64,000 bases of DNA, from contig JAVKOQ020000017.1 in NCBI GenBank assembly GCA_031835245.2, forward strand, positions 248,001 through 312,000. The letters are read 5' to 3'. Below the pieces are notes generated by a model. It had not been told where the DNA came from. It ran no database searches and worked only from the letters and a program-made list of their open reading frames with translations. Source of the stretch: Balamuthia mandrillaris. Its lineage: Eukaryota. The position numbers and the translations under genes were made by a program. Positions 13,082-24,289 of this stretch are shown piece by piece. Position 1 is the stretch's first letter; the number at the start of each line of letters is the position of its first letter.

Positions 13082-13194
13082 GGAGAAGAAGAGTTTTGGG
13101 AGATATAAAAGCTGCATTTGTTTTATTAATAACAGTTTCTTTTTTCTTTTTCGTTGCTTTCCTTCACTCAACGATTTTTGTTATGTATTTAAAG

Positions 13195-13255
13195 TTATGA
13201 AGGACAACGTGGTTGTTGAAAAGAAGGGAGAGAAGGCAATGAGTAAGGATTGAAG

Positions 13256-13331
<76 letters not shown>

Positions 13332-16300
13332 GTGTTGGGGGTTGAGGGGAAGAAGTAGAAGATGGGGGTGAAAGATGAAAGGTGGAAGAATGTTGTTGCA
13401 GGAATACGATTTTCTGGTCTAATTTTTGGAGCATCATTTCCAGCTCTGATAATGTATATTTGAGGGATAACGTTTTCTCCGTCGCTGGACATTCGCAGAG
13501 GTAATATCATCACAACTGAGTTAAGGCTAATAAAGCAAGAAAGAAGATAACGGCAAGAAAACATAAGAGCAAAAGAGGAGAGAGTATGTGAAAGGATATT
13601 TGTCGTGAGTGATCGAGACAGACGACATGGCGAGGACCTTTGCAGGTACACGAAATGGCAGAGAGATAGCAGTCAAAGAGGCACACTTGGCATTGTGGAT
13701 TGTCCTCGTCTTTGCTCTTTTCGGGCATTCTGATGCATTTGCCGATCCCTTCCACCACTATTTTGTCTCTCAGCTCTTTTTCTTCTTGAATCATAGCTAC
13801 TGTTTCATGTCGTAACCTATTTTTGGAGTTTACAACAAAACATTTCAAGAATAGCACGGCCAAACAAAAACGTTAAAGAAAGATTATAGAGAAAGAAAAC
13901 AGTAAAGAGAAAAGCGAACTAACCGTAAAGCCATGTCTAAAGACTCGGGTTCATACTTGTTAAGGGCATTACACAGAAGTTCATGATGAGAAAAAACGGA
14001 GGCACGGCGGATGGTTCGATATCGTTGTATGGCTTTCCGTCCGAATGGAAGCCAATCAGGAGTTGCAAAGTTGACTGACTCCGCACAGTTGAACTATAAA
14101 ACAAAGTAACAACAACCAAAGTTGAATAACAGCGTTGAAACCAAGAAGGAACAGAACAAACCCCATGATTGAAGCCAGCGTGATAGGCTTGAGGAAAGGT
14201 GATGATAAAGTCTCCCGGATATTGGACGAGGTGATAGACAGGAACACCGTTTGCAATCAACACGGAAGGAGATAGCATGGTGACGATATGGTGCAGAAGA
14301 TCAGGCGTGGTCGCAAAGAGCTCTGGCATCGCCATTCGCATCACCTGCTCGAACAGGTCTGCTGCCTTTGATGGTATACCGTACCTTGTATTCGTGCAAA
14401 CATAAAAAAAAAAATGCGAAACACGCAATGAGTAACTTTAAACAAAATGAAAGATAAAACAAAAGAAAGAGGACAGATGAAGAGAGCAGAAAGCAGAAAG
14501 CAAAAGTAAATACGGACCATGATTTGGGATCGCCATAGTGCAGGTAATTGATACTGTACAAATAGTTATCCTCAGCGTGCCAACAAAAAGAAGAGAAGAG
14601 CATGCCCATATACAACATAGGAATAGTAACGCCAGAGATAGGCTCCCCTAAGAATCGGAGCGGAGAACCTTTGACTGTTGCCAATAACTTCAAGTTCCAA
14701 CCGCAGTCTTGCTCCGGGATACCTGCTGGCTCCGGAAAGCCGCTCGGATGGGTGCTCGTACAGAGATCACTCCCATAATGTACTTGAACGTATTCCTTTG
14801 TTGTTTAAGTAAAGTGAGGATGATAGAGGAAAAGTGCATAATAGGGAGAGAGACAGAGAGAAGAAAGTACTTCGGATGTGTTAACAATGCGCCAGAATTC
14901 TTTTTCAGCCTCTTCAATTGTAACAGGTTTACCCTCCGCGGCGTGTTGGTGGAACCACTTTTGCTTGAACATATCAGCCATCTTTCGGTACGTTGCCATT
15001 GTGAAGTTCCTTCCCTCTCCAAAACCAAACCCTGTTTTATCCTCTTCCCCTTCCTCTTCTTTTTCTTCTTCGTCTTCGTTCAGTATCAGTTGCTGCCATT
15101 GCGGTTTTTCTTTCTTTCTTTGTCGCTGTTTGCTGCTGGTTGTTGCTGGTTTATACATCGTTGTCTTCTTCTTCCTTCTCCTCGTGTTGGATTCCTCCAT
15201 GTCTTCAGAAGAGTCCACCATCCACAGCTTCTCCTCCTTTTCAGCACACTCATCACACAACCAATTTCCCTTTGGCACTTCCGTCAACGGAAAACGAAGG
15301 CAATACAGATGATAAGCATTATCGCAGTTGTCTCCATCGCACAACAAAATTTTGTCTTCATCATCTCCTCCTCCGCATTTAGTACACATGATGTTCTCTA
15401 CATCCATCTCTGGTTCTTCTTCATCTTCTTCGTCTTTGTTTTTCACTACCTTTCTTCCTTGATTGCTGCGTCGTCGCTTCTGTGATGTTTTTTCTTTTTC
15501 AGAAGAGGAAGAAGGAGATGGATCCTTCGAAGAACGACTGCTGCCGTTGCTAGCACGTTTTCTTCCTCTTCGCGATTTGTTACTATTTTCTGTATCAGCA
15601 TAGGTAAAATTTTCACCGGCTAATTCCAAATAAGAAGTGACACTCTTCTTTCGTTTCGATCGTCTTTGTGGCGTGCTCTCTACGCTGGAATCGCCTTTGG
15701 TTGTAGGTGCTTCTTCTTTTTTGGTGGTCTCATTAATGCCATTCTCTGTCTCTGCTTTTTCTTTACCTTTGTCTCGTTTGTGGGGAGATTCCTCTCCCTT
15801 CAAAACTTCATCATCTCTTCCTTCTTCTTCTTGTTCTTCTTCTTGTTCTTCTTCTTTCTGTTGTTCCTCTCTTCGTTTCTCCGCAGTAAGAACATACCGA
15901 GGAAGAATGGAGACAGGGCTAGTAGAAGGCATGCTACATCCGTTCTCAATGTCCAAAGCATAATGATAATCAACGTGCTCACGGATGCTTTGTTGCGTGT
16001 TCTGCACGGTCTTACCACATCGTTTGCAAGGAAAAGAGACGTATTTGGTGCCGTCTTCGCTCATTACTCCTCGTCTTCCACCACGTTTTCCATTTGTAAC
16101 AGCACTTTCAGTGCCGCTCACAGAGAGAGGAGAAGATGAAGACGAAGACGAAGACGAAGAAGAGGTCGAGGAGCAAGAGGGAGAAGCAGAAGGAAAAGGA
16201 GGAGATGGGTTTTCTATGTTGATGCTATTGGGAGGAGAGGGGGAGGAGGCATTTGAAGGGGAAAGAAAAGTAGATGATGAAGAACGCCTCGTTTGAGGTG

Positions 16301-16663
16301 AAGATGAAGGTGAGTGTGACGTTTTGCCTTTGTTTTTCAGGGAAGCTTTTGTAGTGGCTTCTTTGGAGCTACGACGATTTGTATGCTTTGTGTTGCTGTC
16401 TTCCGTTGGATTGTTGGATGAAGTATATACTTTTTCGTAGGCAAGAAGCCAAGTAGCGTAGTGTTGCGAGAGCACATGAGCTGCGCTCGTGCATTTGCTG
16501 CTTAGCTTCAATACTTCTGCCACCTCTTTCCATCTCCGGTTGCGAGTAACCTTTAAGAAACAATAAGAAAGCGAAAAAAGGATAGAAAAGAGGAAAGAAT
16601 AGAGTAGGAGAGAGAGAGAGGATCAAACGAGAAAAGCAAACGAGAAAAGCAAACGAGAAAAAG

Positions 16664-16695
<32 letters not shown>

Positions 16696-17199
16696 CAAAA
16701 GAAGACAGCTTACAGCTTTCATGCCTCCTCTTTCCACCACAGCCTTAAACAATTTGTAAAGGTCCAGGTCCTTGCCATCCAACCGCGGGACGCTCTTCAT
16801 GGGCGTGCCCGACTTCTCCAGGAACTGCTGCAGCTTCGTAATGAACTGCTCGTTGGGTCCATCGCGCAGCCGCAGCTGATGCACCTTCTGCAGCTTTGTG
16901 GTGAAGCGCATCGTCATAGGTTCGATCTCTTGAAAGGTTTTGTGCACGCTCTCCATGAAACAACCGCCATTTTGAGCTGAAGAAGAAGAAGAGGTTTTGG
17001 CGGAGGCAACAGCAGAGGAAGAAAGAGATGGAGGAATGACGCGACAGATTCCGTATTTTTGAGCCAGTGGGCGAATGCTTTGGATGAACTTGATGGGGTC
17101 AGCAAACTCCTCTTCGGTGGGGCGAAAGGTGGGCGCCTCTGCGAGGAACATGGGACCCTGTAGCTCTTGTTGACGGAGAGAAGCCTGCGTCGTCGCCAT
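13195..17199 (-). CDS. KDM5: KDM5/JARID1-type histone H3K4 demethylase (JmjN-ARID-PHD-JmjC-C5HC2), 6 introns including one AT-AC intron
   Basis: JmjN EAPTFRPTEEEFADP; ARID LDLYKLFKAVVERGG; PHD CTKC...LLCDGDNCDNAYHLYC...WLCDEC; JmjC FCWHAED and AYHAGFNHG; C5HC2 QCQVC...CTC...VCLDH|LCEC. Confidence 0.93.
13255..13330 (-). repeat. (ACAGCA)n coding hexamer repeat giving poly(Thr-Ala) in the KDM5 tail
   Basis: Tandem gttgct array on the + strand. Confidence 0.9.
13501..13599 (-). other. U12-type (minor spliceosome) AT-AC intron
   Basis: On the minus strand: 5' site ATATCCTTT, branch CCTTAAC (13526-13520), 3' end ...TAC. Removal joins CLDHSRQ to LCECPATEKTLSLKYTLSELEMML and completes the C5HC2 finger. 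Confidence 0.92.
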
Positions 17200-18151
17200 G
17201 ATCCTACCTCAATCCTTGACAATCGTCATCAGTACACAAAAAAAAAAAAAATCGACCGAAATGCGAATGAAAAAGTTTTTTTAAAAAAAAGAAAAAAGGA
17301 GAAAGAAGAAAGAGAGATTGCAAAAAATGTTTTTAAAAAATCATCATCATCTATATGCAAAGAAAAAAATAAAAACAGGTGTAAGCTTACCAGCCACTAC
17401 ACTTCTTTCGGCAACAACACTCAATCAACGCAAAGCCAAAGAGGAGGAGAAAAAAAACACCAAGGCGAGCGGACGCGCAAGAAAATAAGGACCCTCACTG
17501 AGCTCTCTCTCCTCCCACCGGGAAAAAAAAAAACACCCTCACCTTATTTTTTTTCCGACTTTGCTGCGTTCGGTTTTTCCTTGCCGACGACTGCGTGACT
17601 CCTCGAATTGTCGACAGGAGAGAAATCGGAGGTTTCCGATCATATAGAACCTGACGTGGCATGATATCATTGGGCGATGGTATCTGCTCAAGGAAGAGCC
17701 GTTCAGGAAAATATGTGGGGTGGAAACTTCGGGAATAAATCTCTTTCCTTTGGCACTGCAGGAAAACTGTACGGCAAGAACGGAAGAACAATTCAGCGTC
17801 ATCTTTCCAACAGGTCGAGAGAGGGCGGAAGAATAAAAAAAAGGCAACGCGGTGCCAGAGCAGGGCAGGCACGCAAGCAAGCGGATAGAAAACTGGCATA
17901 GAACTCAGGAGCAAAAGTACAAGGAAATTTAAGGAGAAAGCAGCCTGAAAACTCCTTCTGAAAGGGAAAAAAACAAACACCCCCCTCTTGTGTATGCGGA
18001 AGAGAGAAGAGGGAGAAACACCCGAAGAACGTTACCCTTTGCTATTTTTCTTTCTTTCAATTCCCGAAAAGAGCAAAAAAAGAACGGAACCAAAAAACGT
18101 AGCAATAGAGTAAGGGTCTTCATCATAGTTCCTTCCAACAAAAAAAAAACT

Positions 18152-20594
18152 ATGGAGGCGGAGCAGCATCTCAATATTTCAACTCCGTCTTCTTCTGCAG
18201 CTTCAGGTCATTCCTTTTCTAAAGAGGAAGAGAGGACGATGAAGCGGATGATGGAAGAGTTCTGCTCCTGGGAAAACATAGTTGAAGACATTGCACCGGA
18301 AGTAGTAGAAACAGAAGAAAAAGAGGCAGAAAGCGGAACGGAGGAGAGCGAGCAGGAAGAGGATAACGAGCCGGCTTCCCTACCTCCCCACCTCCTCGGA
18401 ACCAACTCCCGCCGAGAGAGCGGAGAGGAGAACCTAAACCACAACCATCCCCCTCCTCTTCCGCCTCCACCTCCTCCTCCTCCTCAACTCCAGGAAGAGA
18501 TACGTAGTGAGCCTGCCGCTACGTTTTTCTCGCAAGGGATCCATTGCTGCAGAGACAAATTTGATGGGGTTGCCGTGGAAACCAACGAAAACCAAAGGGA
18601 AGGGAGGGAGAATGGCGGCGCGCAAAGGAAGGCGGCGGAGGATGGCATAGTAGTGGGGCTGCCGCCGCTGTGCCACAAGGAAAAACGAGGAGGCGGGGGC
18701 GGAGGAAAGGAAGGAAAGGACGGGGCGAAGAGGGATGGAAGAGCTACGGAAGTTTCAGAGCGATTTCTGCTGTTCCAGATGGAAGAAGGAGAGGCAGCCT
18801 ATAACAAAGGGGAGACAACCTCTGCGGTTACCAAGGAAGCGGAGGACGGCGTAACTGCTTCAGCTTCTTCTTCTTTTCCTCTTCTTCCTCCTTCTTTGAG
18901 AGCAACAGTGCAAGAGACTACCACCGCTGCCCAACAGAACGTCTCTGCCTTGGAGGCTATGATGGTTCAACAACAACCAACAACCACTGCAACTCATCCT
19001 GAAGAAGGCGATGCGGACAAACAGAACGAAGTGAACAATGACCCCAATATCGAGGAGGAGAAAGAGAAGGAGAAAGAGGAGCAAGAAAAGGACGATGTAA
19101 GCGAGGACGTAACGTCTGGATCTTCTCCCCCTTCAACCTCAGGATGGTTACCCGCCTTTGTGATGCAGTTATCTGGATGGCTTGTGTCGGCGGCTTCTTC
19201 TACTATCTATTCCTCTTCCCCTTCTTCTACTGCTTCCACCACTGAAACCAACTCTGAAGACGAAGACGTTATCGAAGAGGACAGCATGTTGTGGCAAGAC
19301 TGGGAATGGATCTTGACGGAAGCTGAAAAGTTCGTCATCCAACGGAGCAAGGAAGAAGCCTCTACCATACAGAAGGAACTGATGAAGCTCAGAAAAGGGG
19401 CCAACTTGCTGAAAACCAAACCTTTGTTTCATGGCTATGCCCGTCTCGTCTTTGAGGAACTTACTCTTTCGGGGGAGGACAAGGAAAAGCTTCGCACGAC
19501 TGTCTTGGACTCCTCGAAGAGGTCTAAGATCGTCACGGATGTAGTGAATGCCTTTGAAGAGGAGTGGTTGCAGTTCTGTGCTCTTCATTTCTTTGAGCAA
19601 CTTGGGCCTTCACAACTCAGCAAAAAAGGAACGATCACGCCGACACAGAGTGTAGAAAGGGAAGACGAACCAGAAGTGAAGACAAAAGAGACAAACTGTA
19701 CGGAAGTAAGTGAGGAACAATCGACCGAAAAGAAAGAAGAACTGAATGATAGCGAGCAAGCAAAGGATGACCAAGTTGAGACCAGTGAAAACGAAAATAG
19801 CAACTGTATTGGTACGGAAGAAAGAGAAGGAATGCATAAACCAGAAGAGATACCTACAGAAGAAGAACAAGAAGAAATACCGGCAAAAGGCACTAAGGAA
19901 CAGTGGGCAACATTTAAAGAAGCTTGGGGAGAATCTGCCTACAAAAAAGGTGTCATCGGCGGCATGAAGGAAGTCGGATGGCAAGCCAGCCATGGACCGG
20001 GCGGTATCGGGCTGAATCGCCACGTCCTTGCTGACATCGGATGGTCCTTCTGGAAGAGCATTGTATCCTCACTGAGGTGGGTGTTGGATAGAGAGCTGCG
20101 ATGCGAGGAACAGGACTTGTTGGCGGAGAAGATTTCATACTGCATGCGACCGTTGGCTTATCTTTGGTGGGAAACTATTCAAAACAGGTTTGTTATGATC
20201 TTGTGTTTCTGTCTGTCACTTCTTTCTTGTCTTCTTTCTTCATTCTTCTCTTCTTTCTGTTCACAGTTTGCTGACTTTTTGCTTGCCAATGTAATAGTGA
20301 GATAGGAACATCGAATGCAGGAATACTACCAGCAAAATGGAAGAAAGAACAAGAAAAGGAAGAGCACCGCATTCGTCTTCTCAAGAAGCTGAACAGACAC
20401 GCTCGCTACGAGGGTCCCACGCCGCCCAAAGTGAAAAGCATCACCCGCAAGCAACTCACCCAATTGAAGAGCATGTTGGAGCAAAAGTTGACATTCCGCA
20501 TTCGAGAGAACACCAACTCCTTCTAAAGACTTCTTCTTTATTCTTTTTTCTTTTGTACGATTTGTTTTCTATCAATGTACATGAATCTTTTTGA
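18152..20594 (+). CDS. Hypothetical acidic low-complexity protein with helical segments (1 intron near 20188-20305)
   Basis: Long open frame from ATG 18152; a GT-AG intron links it to ORF 20337-20594. No recognised domain. Confidence 0.65.
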
Positions 20595-20734
20595 GTGGAG
20601 AAAACAATAACAAGGAAATATTTAGCCAACAAAAGTCTTTCTCGGCTTCTCTTCTCCCTCTTCTCTCGCCCTCTCTCTCTCTCTCTCTCTCTCTCTCCTT
20701 CGGATATCGAATATGAAAGCATAGACTACTATGA

Positions 20735-21892
20735 TTACAAGTAACAGTCGATGACGATAGGACGCGGATACAGGTCCATCGCTGCATTCACGAACAGAGT
20801 CTCACAGCCTGGCACTTTCGCCATGCCTGGTGCGTCTGTTATTGTTTCAATCATTGTGAGAAACAGAAAGGAAAGAAGGAACGTTAACAGAAAAAATGGG
20901 TCAACTGACCATGAACGTGGCCAAAGACGTGGACTTTGGGTTGAAAGTAGAGCATGCTGTGCCGCAGGCAACGGCTGCCCCAGTGGTCAAAGGACGGGTG
21001 GCACCCTCCACAAACCTGGCAGGTGACGTTCCTTCGCTGCTTCTCCGCCTCGGAGCGAATGTTGAGCCAGGCCAGGTCCAGCACGTTGAACGGAGGGAGA
21101 TGAGTCATCGCGATGTCGACATCCTCGGGCATCGAGGAGAAGGCGGCTCTCATTCGGTTGCCGTCATGGGTGACGTGGAAGGCCATGTGATGGCCCGTCC
21201 AAGGGCTTCCCCAGAACTTGATGCCCTCCAAGGTTACCGTGTCGTCCTGCAAGTAATGCACGTTGCAGTTTTGGGGGAAGATGAGGGGGCTGCCGCGGAT
21301 CTCCTCGCGGGAGAGGTGGTCGATGCCGTAGTCATGGTTCCCACAGATGAGGACCTTGTGTTTGTGGGGTAAGGAAGCCAGGAATGAAGAGTATCTTTCC
21401 CATTCTTCTTTAGCTCCTGTGATACGTGTAAGGAAACAAGCAAAGGGATGAATGGGGGTAATGCTTGAGAGAGAGAAAGAAGAAACCTCTATTGCTAAAG
21501 TCGCCGCAATGAAGGAAGATGTCTCCATCAGGAAGAGGCAACGTCCTAAGGTCGTTCCACCGATGATGGGTATCAGACACACAAACCACCCGAACTCGCT
21601 TTTTGCCGTCAGGTCTTTTGGGTTTAGGGCAAATAACAAAAACACGAAGGAAACAGGTGAATAACGTGAAAAAACAAAGAGCAACAAGTTTTGTTATTAA
21701 CCTCAAGTAAACAGGTGGGGCCACCCGATAATGTTTCGTTTTCTGTATAGGCTCCACGGGCACGGCGTTGGCGTTCCACAGCGCCTCGGGGACGTCGGGC
21801 AGCACGGCAGGTCTCCCGCTGCCGCCCGCCTCTTGCTTCTTCGTCGTCTTCTCCTTCTTCTGCTCCGCTTCGTCAACCACAACAACATCCAT
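20735..21892 (-). CDS. Metallophosphoesterase, MPPED/239FB-like (3 introns)
   Basis: VCVSDTH, LHCGDFS, ICGNHD, MTHLPP, HVFGHVH and FVNAA motifs. Confidence 0.9.
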
Positions 21893-22314
21893 GTCCGTCT
21901 TTGTCTTTACAAGTTTGCTATAATAATCGATAATATAGGCAGGGTAGCGTTTCTTTTTTGTACTTTTCGAGAATTTTTCAATTTCAGAGAAGTTTTGAAT
22001 AGGTTTGATTTAACTGAAAATACAGTGTGCTCCATTGATGCTCCCTTTGTGGGACGTTTGTTCATATTTTTTCAACAAAAATAACAACATACATGTTCAT
22101 TCACCATTCAAATAAAAACATTACCTGGGGTTGAGACTTTGTTCTGCTTCTTCTTACATCATGATTATCTTCTTCTTCTTCTTGTTCTTCTTCTTCTTCT
22201 TCTTCTTGTTCTTGTTCTTCTTCTTCTTCTTCTTCTTCTTCTTCTTCTTCTTGTTCTTGTTCTTGTTCTTCTTCTTCTTCTTCTTCTTCTTCTTATACTA
22301 TTTGTTCTTTTTTT

Positions 22315-23799
22315 TCAATTGTCGGCACCGCGAGCGCTGTGTGTTTTGGACTTGACGCAGGCTCGATCCGAGGAGCTTCTGGGTCGCTGCTGTTTCTCTC
22401 TTCCTTTTGTAAGACCCTTCTCCTCTTCTGCGTCGGATGCAGAGCTTTGGCTTTCGTCCAATCCGTCTCCTTCAGAAGAATCAGAGGAATAATCACTTTC
22501 TGAGTTTGAGCTATGTGCTCTTCTTTCTGCTTTGTCTTCCGCTCTGCCTCGTTCATCTTTTGTCTCCTTTTTATCTTCTTCGTCTTTCCCCCTTTCATGT
22601 CGTGAAGGTCTTCTGTCGCCACGAGAGCGATGATGGCGATGATGTCGATCACCTTCTTCTCCCTCTTCTCTTCTTCGCCGGTGATGACGATGATGGCGGT
22701 GATGATGTCTCCTTCGCCGCGCGCCTTCGTCTCCTTCTCTTTCTCCCTTCTCTTCTTCGTTCTCATCCCTCTCTTCTCCTTCTCCTTCGTGACGGTGGCG
22801 ATGACGATGACGGCGATGAGGATGGTGATGGTGTCTTCTGCTGCGATGATGACGTTTCGCGTGTGAAGTAGAACTACTCTGAAGTCCAGAAGCAGGAATT
22901 GCTTCTTCTTCATCATCATCTCCTTCTCGATTCTCGACCTCCTTACGAGGGTCTGCCGGTAGCGACCATCTTCTCTCGGTCGACATATCTGAAGCCGCTC
23001 TCACCAGCGTTTTTCTCCTGCCCGATGTCTGCACGCAGTCGGAATGCGAGATGGCAAATTGCACCTTCTTCTCTCCTTCTTCGTCCTCGTCTACGTCTTT
23101 TTCTTCTTTCTTTGGCTCTTCTTTCTCTACCTCTCTCTTCCGTAAATGGTTGGGTGCGTGGAGAGCGTGCTCCGTATTTGCCCGTCGGATCTGAGGCTGT
23201 TGCTGCGGGGAATAGAGCTGAGGAGTGGAGACGGCGAGCGGCGCGTGGGTCACTTTGTTGTTCTGCGGCTTGCGAAGCTTGACATGGCCGCTGCTAGCCA
23301 GGCGCTGAGGAACGCTCTGCGTTGCCTGCTTCCGTTGGGCCTTGTCCAGGGCCAAGGCCTGAGCGGAGCGCTGCAATCCCTCGTACCACTGCTCCATCTC
23401 CTCCATCTCCTGCAGTTCCTCCTGCTCCTCCCGTTGCCCCTCGTCCTCGCTGGAGAGGTCGAAGGTGGCCCGACGACGGCGGTCGATCTGGTCGCCCTTG
23501 GTTGAGTTACGAGCCTCCCAGTCGCTCATGGACTCGAAGAATTTCTCTTCAGAGCGTTGTCGATCGAGTTTGGCTTTTTGTACGCGTTGCTCCCATTTTT
23601 GTTCTTGTGAATTCGCGGCAGGGGAGGAGTCCGTCTTGGTTTTTTGTTGGTCTTTCTTCGTGGATGGCTTCTCCTTCTTCTCTTTCTTCTCTTTCTTCTC
23701 CTTCTTCTCCTTCTTTGCTTTCTTCTCTGGCTTCTTTTCTTTCTTCTTGACCTTCTTTTCTTCTTTGCTGCTCTTCTTGTCCTTCTTTTTGCTCTTCAT
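22315..23799 (-). CDS. Hypothetical highly charged low-complexity protein (Lys-rich N-terminus, His/Arg tracts), intronless
   Basis: Long single ORF with coding-like GC-rich middle; no domain recognised. Confidence 0.65.
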   Translation of the reverse strand: MKSKKKDKKSSKEEKKVKKKEKKPEKKAKKEKKEKKEKKEKKEKPSTKKDQQKTKTDSSPAANSQEQKWEQRVQKAKLDRQRSEEKFFESMSDWEARNSTKGDQIDRRRRATFDLSSEDEGQREEQEELQEMEEMEQWYEGLQRSAQALALDKAQRKQATQSVPQRLASSGHVKLRKPQNNKVTHAPLAVSTPQLYSPQQQPQIRRANTEHALHAPNHLRKREVEKEEPKKEEKDVDEDEEGEKKVQFAISHSDCVQTSGRRKTLVRAASDMSTERRWSLPADPRKEVENREGDDDEEEAIPASGLQSSSTSHAKRHHRSRRHHHHPHRRHRHRHRHEGEGEERDENEEEKGEREGDEGARRRRHHHRHHRHHRRRREEGEEGDRHHRHHRSRGDRRPSRHERGKDEEDKKETKDERGRAEDKAERRAHSSNSESDYSSDSSEGDGLDESQSSASDAEEEKGLTKGREKQQRPRSSSDRACVKSKTHSARGADN

Positions 23800-24289
23800 T
23801 CTTTGTTTAGTCAAGCTTTTTTTTGTTCTGCGCTGCTTCGTTGCCGTAACGCTGCAATAATATAACTTACCCTTCTTTCTTTTCACTTCAACGAAACCAC
23901 ATATTAAAAATTTATCTCTATATTAATTAACCACCAAAGCATTTTGCCGGCACCCAGAATCGAACCGGCGCGCTTCCATGATACTATTTTCTCTCCGAAT
24001 CCGCCAAATTTCAAGGAATTTATTTCATAGCGTTCCTCAAATGAATAAGGACATGTCGACGATATTTCAGTAACGCAACTCTCCGATTGGTGGAAAAAAA
24101 CCGTTTGTAGATCGGGGAACTTTTTTTGGTTGGTCCATCGGGACGACAAGCAAACGGGTTTCTTTTACCTTTCTTGTGCCGACAGGGTAATGCAGAAGAA
24201 AGAAAGAAAGAAAAGACAGGGGGTTCTTCTCTGTCTCTTTCTTTCTTTCTTTGCGCGTTTGACTCCCACGGGGTACACCGCGTAACGGG

